A stretch of 36,055 bases of DNA from a virus (IMGVR_UViG_3300020045_015080:1-36055), one strand, 5' to 3'; shown: positions 15,137 through 24,768, counted from the stretch's first letter. Translations and numbers: made by a program. Notes: generated by a model not told the origin, from the letters alone.

Positions 15137-17875
15137 TTACTGGTTTGGTTGTTTAGAAAAAATACCAATCAATTGGTCCACCATATTCTTTTCCACGGTT
15201 TCAATATCGTCGTGTGCACCCGTTACCTGGTTTACAATCACCCGCTTTTTCTCAATAATATCATAGATATATTCATCAATGGTGTTTAATCCTAAAAAGT
15301 AACTACACTGCACACTATCCTTCTGGCCTATACGATGACAACGATCCTCGCACTGCTCTGCATCTGCAGGGTGCCATGGAAGCTCAATAAAGGCCACCCT
15401 GCTGGAAGCGGTCAACGTAATACCTACTCCACCACTCTTGATATTGCAAAGTATAACCTGCACCTTCGGATCATTCTGAAAACTGTCCACTGCTCTCTGC
15501 CGGTTATCCATACTGTCATCACCTACAATCGTAACGGATCCCGGGATGGCTTTTTTAAGGTCAAATACAATCTCCTTATGCCAGGCGAACACCACGATTT
15601 TTTCGCCCGATTCCACCACCTCCTGTATATGCGCAATTACCTCCTCTACCTTTCCCCTTGCAGCAATCTTTTTCAGGATCCCAATTTTTACCATCACCTC
15701 ACCCCGCAAACTTTTGGTAATTTCTTCGTCCGATTTTAACAGGTTTTCCTTCAGGAAATTTTTAAGGTCATTCTCTGCCTTATTGTATTCCGTCCTGGTC
15801 GTAATATCGCAGCTAAGTATTTCACGCATTTTATCCGGCAGGTCTTTAAGTACTTCCGTTTTCTCCCTCCTGTAAAAACAGTTTTGATGTAATAGATAAT
15901 TCAGTTCCTTTAGGTTGCTGGCTTGGTTGTATCCCTGGCAATACCGGTCGATAAAACCTTTGTAGTTACCAAATTTATCCAGCTGTTGAATAATATGAAG
16001 CTGCGGTATAAGATCCACCGGCTTATTCACCACTGGCGTGCCCGTTAGCGCCAGCACATACTCCTTCCCTTTTGCAATCCCCATACATAATTTACTTTGC
16101 ATGGTCTTACCATCTTTCGTACGATGTACTTCATCAATGATGATGCAATCGAAAAGGTCAATCGTTTCCCTGAACTTGATGTGATTCAACCGAAGCGGTA
16201 CCGGTTTACCATCCTTGCCCATTGGCTTTTCAATGCTTTCCACAAAATACTTTTTCAAGCTTTCGTAATTCACTATAAAATACTTGATCATACCTACCTT
16301 ATAGAAAGTATGCCACGTTTTCAATACCCGGTCGCTAAGTATCAGCGCTTTCCTGCTCGTCCATTTATCTTCAATCTCCCGCTTCCAGTTCTCCCGAATG
16401 GTGGCCGGGCAAATGATCAGTACGCATTTACATTTTGCACCCTCTGCAGTAGCAATGGCTTGGCCGGTATTATGAGTAACAATAAAACTATCAGTTAAGT
16501 AAAGATGATCTTGCGCAGCAACCTTTATACACTGCGTTGGCATTATTCCAATTGGCTCTATTGAGCTTATATATCTTGATGCGTGGTTTGTTTTTTTACT
16601 AACTCCCCAATGATCAACTTTCCTTTGCATATAAAACGGACACTCATTAATCCTGATATTAACCTGCCACTCAATACTTTTACCTTGGTGTGTTCTATTA
16701 TACTCCCTTAATATAGCTTGCCCTCCCAATGAAAACACAAGGTCTGAAATAGATTTTGCTAAAGATTCTGAGCATGTATGAAATGTAATACGATTCATCT
16801 TCGCACTTCCGTCAGTATCCATCAAACCCCTTAGTAGATCAAGCCTCTGTTGTTTTGAAGCAAATAAATACTCTTCCGGAATAAACTTTACTTTACCTTT
16901 TACATTAATTCCCAACCTTTCAATTTCCGCAGTAAATGGATTTTTATTTGTTGTTTTAGTTTGAGTGATATAATACTGTGGGCAATCTGTGTACTTATTT
17001 AGCCAAAGTTTAAGGTTGACAGGTAAAAGGGATTCAATTATATTTTTTGTTTCAATTTCAAAATCAGGGATTGAAATACAAATATCCTTACCGCAAATGC
17101 TACCATCGCCTAATAATGCACCTAAAATATAAGGATGGATAACAAAATCCCTGTCAGGCAAATCAAATGCTTTTAATACCGGTATCTCCCACTTTAAAAC
17201 AGGTTTCCTTCCGGTAGATTGCCTGGCGATATTATCACGATACTGCAACCCTGCATCCAGCAACTCTTTTGTTGACTTTACAATCCATCCTGTATTCCTT
17301 CTACGTCTATTCACATCCCTTACACGCCATAAATGCTCAATATCACATTCAGTTGAAGTACCATCATTGAAAGTTATTTTATAAACTGGTCTATCTCCCT
17401 GCGGAAACACGCCTTCAATTTGATATAGGTTACCATCTGCCCCAATAATAGGAGTGCCCTTTTTTGCATCGCCCATTTTAATCCATCCTTTTGGCGTTGC
17501 TATTTTAGCAGTTAATGGTTGTGCCTTCCCTAATCCGGGCTGATCCCCGACAATTACCCGTTTGTATTTAAGCGCATACGCCACACCATTAGCCTGGTAA
17601 GGAAACAATTGCATTTTCAAAGGGATATCAATTTCCAAATCCGGCAATGGATCGATTTCACCAATTTGAGTAAGCGTAGCGTTTTTAGCACTCACTCCCA
17701 ATCCTGCAGCCCAATTCAATAAAGCCGTTCCGCTTGAAGATGGCACATGCCAGTATTTTTTACCACCGCTTTGTCTGAACCCGGCACCCGGTATTTTTTT
17801 AATGGCGCTCACCAGCCATGGCTTGTATGCAAATTGTACTTCAAACCCATTCGGTGTTTCTAAAATATCTAACAT
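15137..17875 (-). CDS. SNF2-family helicase with N-terminal HARP-like domain, interrupted by an intein
   Basis: LFPYQ, DQPGLGK|T, IICPA, IIDEVH, LTGTP, GVGITLT, QCEDRCHRIGQ. Confidence 0.93.
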   Translation of the reverse strand: MLDILETPNGFEVQFAYKPWLVSAIKKIPGAGFRQSGGKKYWHVPSSSGTALLNWAAGLGVSAKNATLTQIGEIDPLPDLEIDIPLKMQLFPYQANGVAYALKYKRVIVGDQPGLGKAQPLTAKIATPKGWIKMGDAKKGTPIIGADGNLYQIEGVFPQGDRPVYKITFNDGTSTECDIEHLWRVRDVNRRRRNTGWIVKSTKELLDAGLQYRDNIARQSTGRKPVLKWEIPVLKAFDLPDRDFVIHPYILGALLGDGSICGKDICISIPDFEIETKNIIESLLPVNLKLWLNKYTDCPQYYITQTKTTNKNPFTAEIERLGINVKGKVKFIPEEYLFASKQQRLDLLRGLMDTDGSAKMNRITFHTCSESLAKSISDLVFSLGGQAILREYNRTHQGKSIEWQVNIRINECPFYMQRKVDHWGVSKKTNHASRYISSIEPIGIMPTQCIKVAAQDHLYLTDSFIVTHNTGQAIATAEGAKCKCVLIICPATIRENWKREIEDKWTSRKALILSDRVLKTWHTFYKVGMIKYFIVNYESLKKYFVESIEKPMGKDGKPVPLRLNHIKFRETIDLFDCIIIDEVHRTKDGKTMQSKLCMGIAKGKEYVLALTGTPVVNKPVDLIPQLHIIQQLDKFGNYKGFIDRYCQGYNQASNLKELNYLLHQNCFYRREKTEVLKDLPDKMREILSCDITTRTEYNKAENDLKNFLKENLLKSDEEITKSLRGEVMVKIGILKKIAARGKVEEVIAHIQEVVESGEKIVVFAWHKEIVFDLKKAIPGSVTIVGDDSMDNRQRAVDSFQNDPKVQVILCNIKSGGVGITLTASSRVAFIELPWHPADAEQCEDRCHRIGQKDSVQCSYFLGLNTIDEYIYDIIEKKRVIVNQVTGAHDDIETVEKNMVDQLIGIFSKQPNQ
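16469..17524 (-). mobile_element. intein (352 aa) with LAGLIDADG homing endonuclease, class-3 signature
   Basis: Starts AQPL, ends VTHN/T; LGALLGDGS and LRGLMDTDGS motifs; EHLW, TQCI, THN. Confidence 0.92.
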
Positions 17876-18147
17876 GCTTCTTCTTCTTTTAAGTTTTCTA
17901 AAAAACGGATGGCTGTTACCGCTACCTGTATGGCCTCGTCACGCATGGCGTCAAACTGTGCGCTCTTCACCATTTCATTGTGTTCATCACGCTCGTATTT
18001 CCATTGCAGGCAGGCCCTTGTAAGTTCACCAGCTTCTTCGCTGACTATTGCGGATCTTGCTACAATATGCTCCGGCCATTTAGGGAACTTCTTTTTTGCC
18101 CTGCGCAGTTCCAATTCTATTTGCTGCCAAATTTTTTGTCTTTCCAT
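17869..18147 (-). CDS. MazG-like nucleotide pyrophosphohydrolase domain protein
   Basis: IVSEEAGEL...RDEAIQVAVTAIRF. Confidence 0.7.
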   Translation of the reverse strand: MERQKIWQQIELELRRAKKKFPKWPEHIVARSAIVSEEAGELTRACLQWKYERDEHNEMVKSAQFDAMRDEAIQVAVTAIRFLENLKEEEAC

Positions 18148-18173
18148 TGCCGTTATTTGAAAATTGATAATAA

Positions 18174-18713
18174 TTATTCCGCTCCTTCCTCTGGTCCTGA
18201 TTCGTCAGCGCCTTCTTCCGCTCCTTCGTCAAATAATTCCAGCTGCTTTTCCGGAGCCCGTTTGCCATGGAATAGGTATTGCTCCACTTCATAGATACAT
18301 TCTTCAATTTCTGCCTGCAGGTCGCCAATGAACTTGTACTCGCTGGCCTCCCATTTCTGAAAGGGAGAATTCAGGTTGATGTTTCCATAATCGCCTTCTT
18401 TAAACCCGGTAAGCGTAATACCTTCGTTGTCATCATTGCCACCTATACTAAAGCTTTTTACTGTGAATGCTGCAATAGCTTCATCCACCCACTGGCTGAT
18501 ATCTTTCACTTTTGCAGGAACAGTCAGGTAATCACTCAGCACCGACAAATGTTTATGCAGCTTTTGGAATGCCGCTTTTAAATCATCATGAATCGGTACA
18601 GTGCAACTAAGCTTTGTATCTTTTTTACTGTGCCCTGGCAAATCTTCGATGTACTCTACATCAAGAAACAGGTCGTCTTTAATTTTCGCCTTGCGAATTT
18701 TTACATTGTCCAT
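18174..18713 (-). CDS. hypothetical phage protein with acidic tail
   Basis: ORF in operon; ends QLELFDEGAEE. Confidence 0.7.
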   Translation of the reverse strand: MDNVKIRKAKIKDDLFLDVEYIEDLPGHSKKDTKLSCTVPIHDDLKAAFQKLHKHLSVLSDYLTVPAKVKDISQWVDEAIAAFTVKSFSIGGNDDNEGITLTGFKEGDYGNINLNSPFQKWEASEYKFIGDLQAEIEECIYEVEQYLFHGKRAPEKQLELFDEGAEEGADESGPEEGAE

Positions 18714-18731
18714 TGTAGGGGTGTTTTATTA

Positions 18732-18974
18732 TTAAGAAAAAATTTTACGTTTTGGTTGGCAGTTAGAATGAAATTGAGCATCACAAACAGCATTCAATTC
18801 CTTAATCGCTTCCGAATAAGGAAGGAAGTAAATCATTTCCACTGCCTGGACGATGCTTATTCCTTTTTTTTGGGCGTAGTTCCGGATTCGGTTTTTCCTC
18901 CACTCGGTCAATACTCTTAGGAATGGTATCCCGCTGAATTGCGCTGTTGTTGTTGTCCTTGTTTGTAGGTTCAT
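18732..18974 (-). CDS. hypothetical protein
   Basis: Overlaps 18802-19146 in a different frame. Confidence 0.45.
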   Translation of the reverse strand: MNLQTRTTTTAQFSGIPFLRVLTEWRKNRIRNYAQKKGISIVQAVEMIYFLPYSEAIKELNAVCDAQFHSNCQPKRKIFS

Positions 18975-19146
18975 TGATTATAAGGTTTGTTTTGTTTACA
19001 GAAAATTTATTTCCATCCTTCTCTACAATTGCCATATTCACCATATCCATTACAAGTATTACCACATCATCCTTATGGCCGTAATATTTCAATGCCTGGT
19101 TAGGTTTAAAGCAACTGGTCACATCATCTTTTAACCTATACTCCAC
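18802..19146 (-). CDS. hypothetical protein
   Basis: Start overlaps the upstream stop. Confidence 0.5.
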   Translation of the reverse strand: MEYRLKDDVTSCFKPNQALKYYGHKDDVVILVMDMVNMAIVEKDGNKFSVNKTNLIINEPTNKDNNNSAIQRDTIPKSIDRVEEKPNPELRPKKRNKHRPGSGNDLLPSLFGSD

Positions 19147-19594
19147 GCATTTGTTTTTGTTGTTTCGCTTTCACTGCTTTCCAGGCCTTGTCAGGCGAAG
19201 GGATTACCACACCTAAATACTCTGCAGCCCACTTGCATATCTCCTCCACATAAGCATTGAATTCAGGTATGGTAAATCTCGCTGTACTACCTCCTTTCAC
19301 TTCCATCATTTCGCCGGTTTTTACATTTATAATTTCCCTGCGTATAAAATTGCTTTTAAGGTATTCATGCGCCGCTGCATTGGTGCGTATTTCATCCCAT
19401 CCTGCCTCATACAATCCCTCATGCACCATTGGTACCACAACGGCAAAATAATAATCATTCATAGGCAAGCTGCGGCGCCTCAAATCAGTACTTTGGATAT
19501 GATGCCTGCCATCCTTTAGCAATAGAAACTGCCGGCGCAATTCATCTATATTCAGCACTTCCCTGCCCTGTATGGTAATGATGGTATCAATCAC
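19136..19594 (-). CDS. NinB/YbcN-like recombination protein (probable GTG start at 19594)
   Basis: RSLPMNDYYF, HEYLK, STARFTIPEFNAYVEEI..WAAE..GVVIP. Confidence 0.6.
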   Translation of the reverse strand: MIDTIITIQGREVLNIDELRRQFLLLKDGRHHIQSTDLRRRSLPMNDYYFAVVVPMVHEGLYEAGWDEIRTNAAAHEYLKSNFIRREIINVKTGEMMEVKGGSTARFTIPEFNAYVEEICKWAAEYLGVVIPSPDKAWKAVKAKQQKQMRGV

Positions 19595-20259
19595 GCTGCG
19601 ATGTATTTCATATCTCCAAACAAATACCAATAGCGAAAACTTGCCTCCTGGTACTTAGCTTTACCGCTGTTGTAAATGCTGCCCCCACGCTTCACCGGCA
19701 CCTTGAATATTTTCAGGTTCTTTTTACTGATCCCGATAAACATAAAATTGCTTTTATTTTCAAGGTCCATATACAGGGCCGCCTGCCGGTCGTAATTATA
19801 ATGGAAGATGCTTTCCTCAAATTGTTTTTGCGTTGTACTCGCTGTTGTTTTTAAGTCACCAGATAAATCAATCTTTGGTGCAAAAAAATCCCACTTGGCC
19901 CTCATATCCATCAGGAAGGTTAACCCTTCGTAAGTAATTTGGAAACCATGGCGAATACTTACATACTGCATCGCACACTGGCCGGCCAATGCCCTGCAAA
20001 AAGGATCTGCAAAAAATACCTTCTTCATATCGATGGCCATATCAAACTCCTGCTTACTAAATTGTGTACCGCCTACCGTTAGTTTGTAATAATCTACCAT
20101 TTCCGGTTCTGTGATCATAGCATCCAGCAGGCTGCCAAACCGGAAAGCATTTTCCAGGTCAATCACATAGGTCTGCGGTGCCCAATACTTATCAATGCTA
20201 CCCAACTCACTGTTGGATACTTCCGGACGGCTGTAATATGGATCTACGATGATGCTCAT
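19591..20259 (-). CDS. PD-(D/E)XK exonuclease (RecE/ExoVIII C-terminal, DUF3799-like)
   Basis: VSNSEL, FGSLLD, RAKWD, GDLKTT, YDRQAALY. Confidence 0.8.
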   Translation of the reverse strand: MSIIVDPYYSRPEVSNSELGSIDKYWAPQTYVIDLENAFRFGSLLDAMITEPEMVDYYKLTVGGTQFSKQEFDMAIDMKKVFFADPFCRALAGQCAMQYVSIRHGFQITYEGLTFLMDMRAKWDFFAPKIDLSGDLKTTASTTQKQFEESIFHYNYDRQAALYMDLENKSNFMFIGISKKNLKIFKVPVKRGGSIYNSGKAKYQEASFRYWYLFGDMKYIAA

Positions 20260-20495
20260 TTTGAAAATACTGTTCTTTTTAAAATCCTTTTTCCTGCCTT
20301 AGTTATCGTTATATGCGAAACATCATCTATTTTAATGATCCCAATTGTTTCTGCATCATGCAAACTCTTCGCAATTATACTATATGTTGGATAGCGTTTT
20401 TGTAAGATGCAAACCTTACCTACAACCATTTTCAGGATATTTCTTTTATGCCGGTTGATATCTCTCATTGGCCAGTTGCTTTTTTGATGGCGCAC
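20256..20495 (-). CDS. hypothetical basic protein (likely start at 20468)
   Basis: ATGA overlap at 20465-20468. Confidence 0.5.
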   Translation of the reverse strand: MRHQKSNWPMRDINRHKRNILKMVVGKVCILQKRYPTYSIIAKSLHDAETIGIIKIDDVSHITITKAGKRILKRTVFSK

Positions 20496-20785
20496 AAACT
20501 CATTTCATAAACACCTTGCCATCCTCCTGCAGGTTCTACCTCCTCGTACATGCGAACCATTTCCTTCAATGCTTCAAGCAAGTCCGGTGCTGCTGAAATC
20601 ATAGACGCCAACTTGCTATTCCCTACACTTTCACATACTAAATACCCTCCATAGTACTTAACATCTTCATCAGCGCTTTCTTTGTTATTTGGTGGAGAAG
20701 GAAAGTTGTTATTTTGTATTTTAACATCCGAAACAATAACAGACGGATGATTTCCTACTTTCCAGTTTTGTTCTATTTGTTCCAT
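20465..20785 (-). CDS. phage hypothetical protein with AAPDLLEAL motif
   Basis: ISAAPDLLEALKE. Confidence 0.7.
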   Translation of the reverse strand: MEQIEQNWKVGNHPSVIVSDVKIQNNNFPSPPNNKESADEDVKYYGGYLVCESVGNSKLASMISAAPDLLEALKEMVRMYEEVEPAGGWQGVYEMSLCAIKKATGQ

Positions 20786-20787
20786 AA

Positions 20788-21096
20788 TTATAGTGTTGCT
20801 TTTCTTACAGCGTCGTTCATTAACAGTATATTTTCGCCAAACATTCGATGGAATTGATCAATACCCTGCGCCTTAAACAGTGCAATAGCAAACTTCAACC
20901 CTTCCAGTAAATCCGGTGATGCAGCTATTAGTTTTGCATCTGCAAGACTGCGCCCGTCCTTGTCAGCATCGTCCGAATAAACGGAACAGATCGTTTCCTC
21001 CCCCACTACAATATCACGTATCACCCAATCAGGAGAAAATTCACCCGGACCTACAGCATGCCATGGCCCGGGTGTGTGTGTAATTGGATTATCCAT
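20788..21096 (-). CDS. phage hypothetical protein with HTPGPW and AASPDLLE motifs
   Basis: HTPGPW...LIAASPDLLEGL. Confidence 0.7.
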   Translation of the reverse strand: MDNPITHTPGPWHAVGPGEFSPDWVIRDIVVGEETICSVYSDDADKDGRSLADAKLIAASPDLLEGLKFAIALFKAQGIDQFHRMFGENILLMNDAVRKATL

Positions 21097-22468
21097 TATC
21101 CTTTACTTTTTTGTTAACTGCCTTAAATGAATCATTGTACTGCAGGAATTTGCTTTCAATGGTGGTGTTGTCCTTTAAAGCTTTCTTCTCGCAAAAGGCT
21201 TTCATTTGGTCCATCTTCGTAGCGCCAATTTTATCCACGCCCAAATTCTTCCCTTCATTCTCAAACCAAAAAGCAAAAATCTGCGTATAGCCTACCGGGT
21301 GCAATACCACCAGGTCAACGCCCTGCCTAACCTGTGCGCCACTGCTCAACTCTGCCGTAGATGCACTTTGTTCAAACATAATCATAGCAGCCTCACCCTG
21401 TTTCTTAATCTCAATATCCTGCTCTGCCGCCTCCCGTGATTGTGCCAAATCTGCTTCCAGTTTACGCTGCTCCTCCTGTTCTCTTTCCAGCTTTTGCTGT
21501 GCAGCTTTATCCTGCTCTGCTTTCAAAATGGCATTGCGTTTTTCATTCTCAATCCGCTGCTCCTCCTGCTCTGCCTGCAACCTTGCTTTTTCCTTGGCAC
21601 CGGCTGCCGCAATTTCTGCGTCCTTCTTTTCCTTTTCAATGCGCTGCCGCTCCAATTCTGCCGCTGCTTCATCTGCCAGGCGCTTTTCTTCTTTCAGCGC
21701 ATTTAGCTTTGAAGGCAATTTGTCCACCAGTTCATCTTTCAGCAGGTTTAATTCCGCTGCGTAGTTTGAAGTGAATTCTGCTACCTTTTGTCTGAACACT
21801 TCATCAGCAAATTCTTTAAGTTCCTGTGAACTATGAATTACAGAAGGGATACGTAATTCAATTTCCCTTACCGCATCTTCCTTCATAGCCGGATTGAACT
21901 TTTTGAGCAGCAAGGCTTTCTCTCCGTAAGTTTCCAGTGAAATTTTATTAAAGGAATCGTGCAAATTTTGTTTGCGTGTGTACAGGTAGTTTTGATAATG
22001 CTCTGTGTACTTCAATTCAATCTTCGCTTTAATTTCCAACGCCTCTTTAGCCCTGTCTGCCACCAGCTGTGCGGCTTTCGCCTCCTCTGCCTTACGCTTG
22101 GCTTCTGCCGCTGCAAAGGCGTTCCGGTGGGCCTGTATTTTTGCCGGCACCGTATCCGCTCTTTTAATGTCAATCTCAGCTTCCACCTCGGTGTACATTT
22201 TTTTAAGCTGGTCCATAATCTGCGTTACGCCGGCACGTTCGTCTTTCATGGAAGTGCTCGCCTTATTGATATTGGCCAGGTAGTTATTGCACCGTTCATC
22301 CAGTGTAATACTCATACCCTCCTCGCCAATAGTTGCAAGGATTTTATTGCCGGTTTCAATCGCCTTGTTTTTCCGGATCTGGTTGGCCTGTAAAATCTCC
22401 GGGGCCGATTTAAGCAGTTCGATACTGTTTTGTATCACCGCCAACTGGTTGTTTGTTTCTTCTGCCAT
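21089..22468 (-). CDS. long coiled-coil protein of the recombination module
   Basis: E/K/A/Q-rich heptads; adjacent to recT. Confidence 0.8.
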   Translation of the reverse strand: MAEETNNQLAVIQNSIELLKSAPEILQANQIRKNKAIETGNKILATIGEEGMSITLDERCNNYLANINKASTSMKDERAGVTQIMDQLKKMYTEVEAEIDIKRADTVPAKIQAHRNAFAAAEAKRKAEEAKAAQLVADRAKEALEIKAKIELKYTEHYQNYLYTRKQNLHDSFNKISLETYGEKALLLKKFNPAMKEDAVREIELRIPSVIHSSQELKEFADEVFRQKVAEFTSNYAAELNLLKDELVDKLPSKLNALKEEKRLADEAAAELERQRIEKEKKDAEIAAAGAKEKARLQAEQEEQRIENEKRNAILKAEQDKAAQQKLEREQEEQRKLEADLAQSREAAEQDIEIKKQGEAAMIMFEQSASTAELSSGAQVRQGVDLVVLHPVGYTQIFAFWFENEGKNLGVDKIGATKMDQMKAFCEKKALKDNTTIESKFLQYNDSFKAVNKKVKDNG

Positions 22469-22495
22469 TTTTTGATTTAGTATTTAGGTGGTTAA

Positions 22496-23506
22496 TTAAA
22501 ATTCGTCGTCCTCAAACTTTTTCCCGGCTGATTTAGGCTTGGGCGATTCCTCTGCAAAATCATCATCTGTTCCATTGAAGCGATTATCCTTTGCAGTTGT
22601 TTTGGTAGATACCACTTCCGCCTCTTCAAACTCCGCTTTAGGCTTTTCCGCAACAGGTGCTTCCAGTGGTTTTTCAATAGCCGGTATTGCCGCTTCCTGC
22701 ATATCTGCAATACCGTAATCAATCTGCATTTCCTGGTTATGATCTGTCACTTCTGTTTCCAGTTTAGAGAAGTTACCCAGCTTTACTTTCGGGTAACTGC
22801 GAAAGGCGTGTTTAATGGTTTTGGTTTGTATCATTCCGTTTAAACCGGCCGTCCATGCAACTGAATTCGGCTGCTTGCTGATCGATTTGAGTTTCATGAT
22901 TTCATCAATACCAAATACTTTGTAATCCACCGATGCATCCGGGCGTTCAATGCGCAGGTAACAGGCAATCACTTCGGAATCTTTTTTTCTTGGGTGAATA
23001 GCTTTGTGCTCCAAATACACTTTATCATCCTTGGTACCATGCACAAACTCGTCGCCATCAAAAACCAGTACCGGATTATCGGCATATTTAATCTGCCCCT
23101 GTTTCTGCCTGATCACCAGTTCACCACGCCCATCAATACGCAATGTGGCTCTTTGCTCCCATGTTTCACGCCCTTGCACAATTACCTTAAATGAATCAGG
23201 AATAACATACGCATGCTTCATACCTGGATCGAATGAAAGCCCGTTTACTGCCATATCAATGAAACAGCCATACAGCGAAAGCTTGGTGCACTGCTGCAGT
23301 TTAGCGTTGTCGGTTATCAATTTCATAAAGTGAAATTTTTCCGCTTCGTACTTTAGCGTTGCTACATTACTGTCACCACCATTCATGATTTTGTAAATGT
23401 TTTTAAACCGGTCTGCCACTTCCGGAAGATTGGCTACGCCGGCAGGGCTGCTGCTGTTAAGCTTATCAATAAGCGTAAGCTTGGTGTTTACATTGGTTGT
23501 TTCCAT
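22496..23506 (-). CDS. recT: RecT-family ssDNA annealing protein
   Basis: CTKLSLYGCFIDMAVNGLSFDP, AYVIP, VFDGDEF, MIQTKTIKHAFRSYP, acidic tail ending EDDEF. Confidence 0.85.
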   Translation of the reverse strand: METTNVNTKLTLIDKLNSSSPAGVANLPEVADRFKNIYKIMNGGDSNVATLKYEAEKFHFMKLITDNAKLQQCTKLSLYGCFIDMAVNGLSFDPGMKHAYVIPDSFKVIVQGRETWEQRATLRIDGRGELVIRQKQGQIKYADNPVLVFDGDEFVHGTKDDKVYLEHKAIHPRKKDSEVIACYLRIERPDASVDYKVFGIDEIMKLKSISKQPNSVAWTAGLNGMIQTKTIKHAFRSYPKVKLGNFSKLETEVTDHNQEMQIDYGIADMQEAAIPAIEKPLEAPVAEKPKAEFEEAEVVSTKTTAKDNRFNGTDDDFAEESPKPKSAGKKFEDDEF

Positions 23507-23530
23507 TGTTATTTTAAATTTTGAAATGAA

Positions 23531-23794
23531 TTACTTGGATTGATACGACCTGCCTGGTTGGTCGTTGGTTACCTCAATATCCATCGGGGTAATAATCATA
23601 ATAACCGGCCTTTTAAGTGTATCATCCTGCGCCACTACTACGGATGATCTAAACTCTTTCATTTGAGCCCTGATGTTTTTGATCACACCCGCCTTCCGGT
23701 TAAATCCCTGTTTGGATCCCGAAAGAAAACTGCCGTTACGTGCAGTGGTCACTACGTCGAATTTTCCAGCCTTGTTTTTGATGATATGTACCAT
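23531..23794 (-). CDS. DUF1508/YegP-like small protein
   Basis: KNKAGKFDVVTTARNG..LSGS.QGFNRK pattern. Confidence 0.5.
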   Translation of the reverse strand: MVHIIKNKAGKFDVVTTARNGSFLSGSKQGFNRKAGVIKNIRAQMKEFRSSVVVAQDDTLKRPVIMIITPMDIEVTNDQPGRSYQSK

Positions 23795-23813
23795 GTTGAA
23801 TAATTTACTTTTT

Positions 23814-23845
23814 AAAAAGGGGCGGCTTCATCTTCCACCGCCCCC
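23814..23845 (-). terminator. intrinsic terminator downstream of the tRNA
   Basis: GGGGCGG/CCGCCCC stem followed by TTTTT on the minus strand. Confidence 0.65.
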
Positions 23846-23882
23846 TGGTCCTTACTGTGTTATACGGTACAGATAACCGCTG

Positions 23883-23956
23883 TGGAGAGTGAAAGACTCG
23901 AACTTCCGCCCCGTTATTAACTGTAACGTTGCTCTAACCAACTGAGCTAACTCCCC
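23883..23956 (-). tRNA. atypical tRNA: Ala-type acceptor stem, GTT (Asn) anticodon, A33
   Basis: GGGGAGT TA GCTC AGTTGGTTA GAGC AA CGTTA CAGTTAA TAACG GGGC GGAAG TTCGAGT CTTTC ACTCTCC A. Confidence 0.8.
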
Positions 23957-24282
23957 ATTTTTAAAAGAACTGTATGCTAATGTATATGGATGCACATACC
24001 CTTATTTCTAAGGTCAATGTTATTAACGGGCCAACCCATTTACGGGATGTATTTTAAATGGCCCATATCTGCATCTACAACATCCATTTCAATTAGCGTT
24101 ACCGCCACTATACAAAAGCAATACAGTCTTTTTTTTATGTTGGTGTAAGTTTTTTTGCTGCATCAAAATGGAATGCTTTTCACCTCCAACACATTTATTT
24201 TAATCAAAGAACTTTTTTAAAAATGAATCAACCTGTAGAAACAGGTTGATATCTCTTACTACTGTTGAATCAAAAAACAGAC

Positions 24283-24627
24283 TTAATTCAGCATACAGTT
24301 GCGTAACTCAATGACATTCTCCTGCTCGTCTGCCATCCGCCGCAAATCATTGGTCGCTAAAATCAACATAGTGTTATTCACCTTGTTTCTATACCTGATA
24401 TTGAATACTTTAATTTGTTGTTTAGCCATGCTGAGGCATAATAGATTGGGCGCTGACCGGATCACTTTTTCCAGGTTCATCAGATCAATTTCGTAGTGAA
24501 AACAATCATTGAATTCTGCCACTTTTGGGGCAAATGGTTTCAATGGTGGCTTTTTCCTTCGTTTAAAAAATAAAGCCACAAAAAACAAGGCATACAGACA
24601 GCATAAAGCAAGCGTTACTTTTTCCAT
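24283..24627 (-). CDS. membrane-anchored hypothetical protein
   Basis: N-terminal TM followed by KRRKK. Confidence 0.6.
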   Translation of the reverse strand: MEKVTLALCCLYALFFVALFFKRRKKPPLKPFAPKVAEFNDCFHYEIDLMNLEKVIRSAPNLLCLSMAKQQIKVFNIRYRNKVNNTMLILATNDLRRMADEQENVIELRNCMLN

Positions 24628-24767
24628 ATAGTTGTATTTATTTTTGATTGATTGATTTTCGCTCTGATAGAATCCCGTTGATCAAAATGGTGCTCGTTAC
24701 CACCTACCCATTTGCCAGGCCTGCAACTTATCAGCAGGATGGTAAAAACAAATAGTAAAAGTTTCAT
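24615..24767 (-). CDS. small putative lipoprotein
   Basis: MKLLLFVFTILLISC lipobox-like. Confidence 0.5.
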   Translation of the reverse strand: MKLLLFVFTILLISCRPGKWVGGNEHHFDQRDSIRAKINQSKINTTIWKK

Positions 24768-24768
24768 G

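Noticed and set aside
21206-22475. Multiple plus-strand ORFs opposite the coiled-coil gene (similar cases opposite groEL, the helicase and recT)
   Set aside because: Antisense shadows of real genes, with no recognisable motifs
23883-23956. tmRNA or attP remnant
   Set aside because: It is a complete cloverleaf with D arm and anticodon arm, has no tag ORF, and does not match the core next to the integrase
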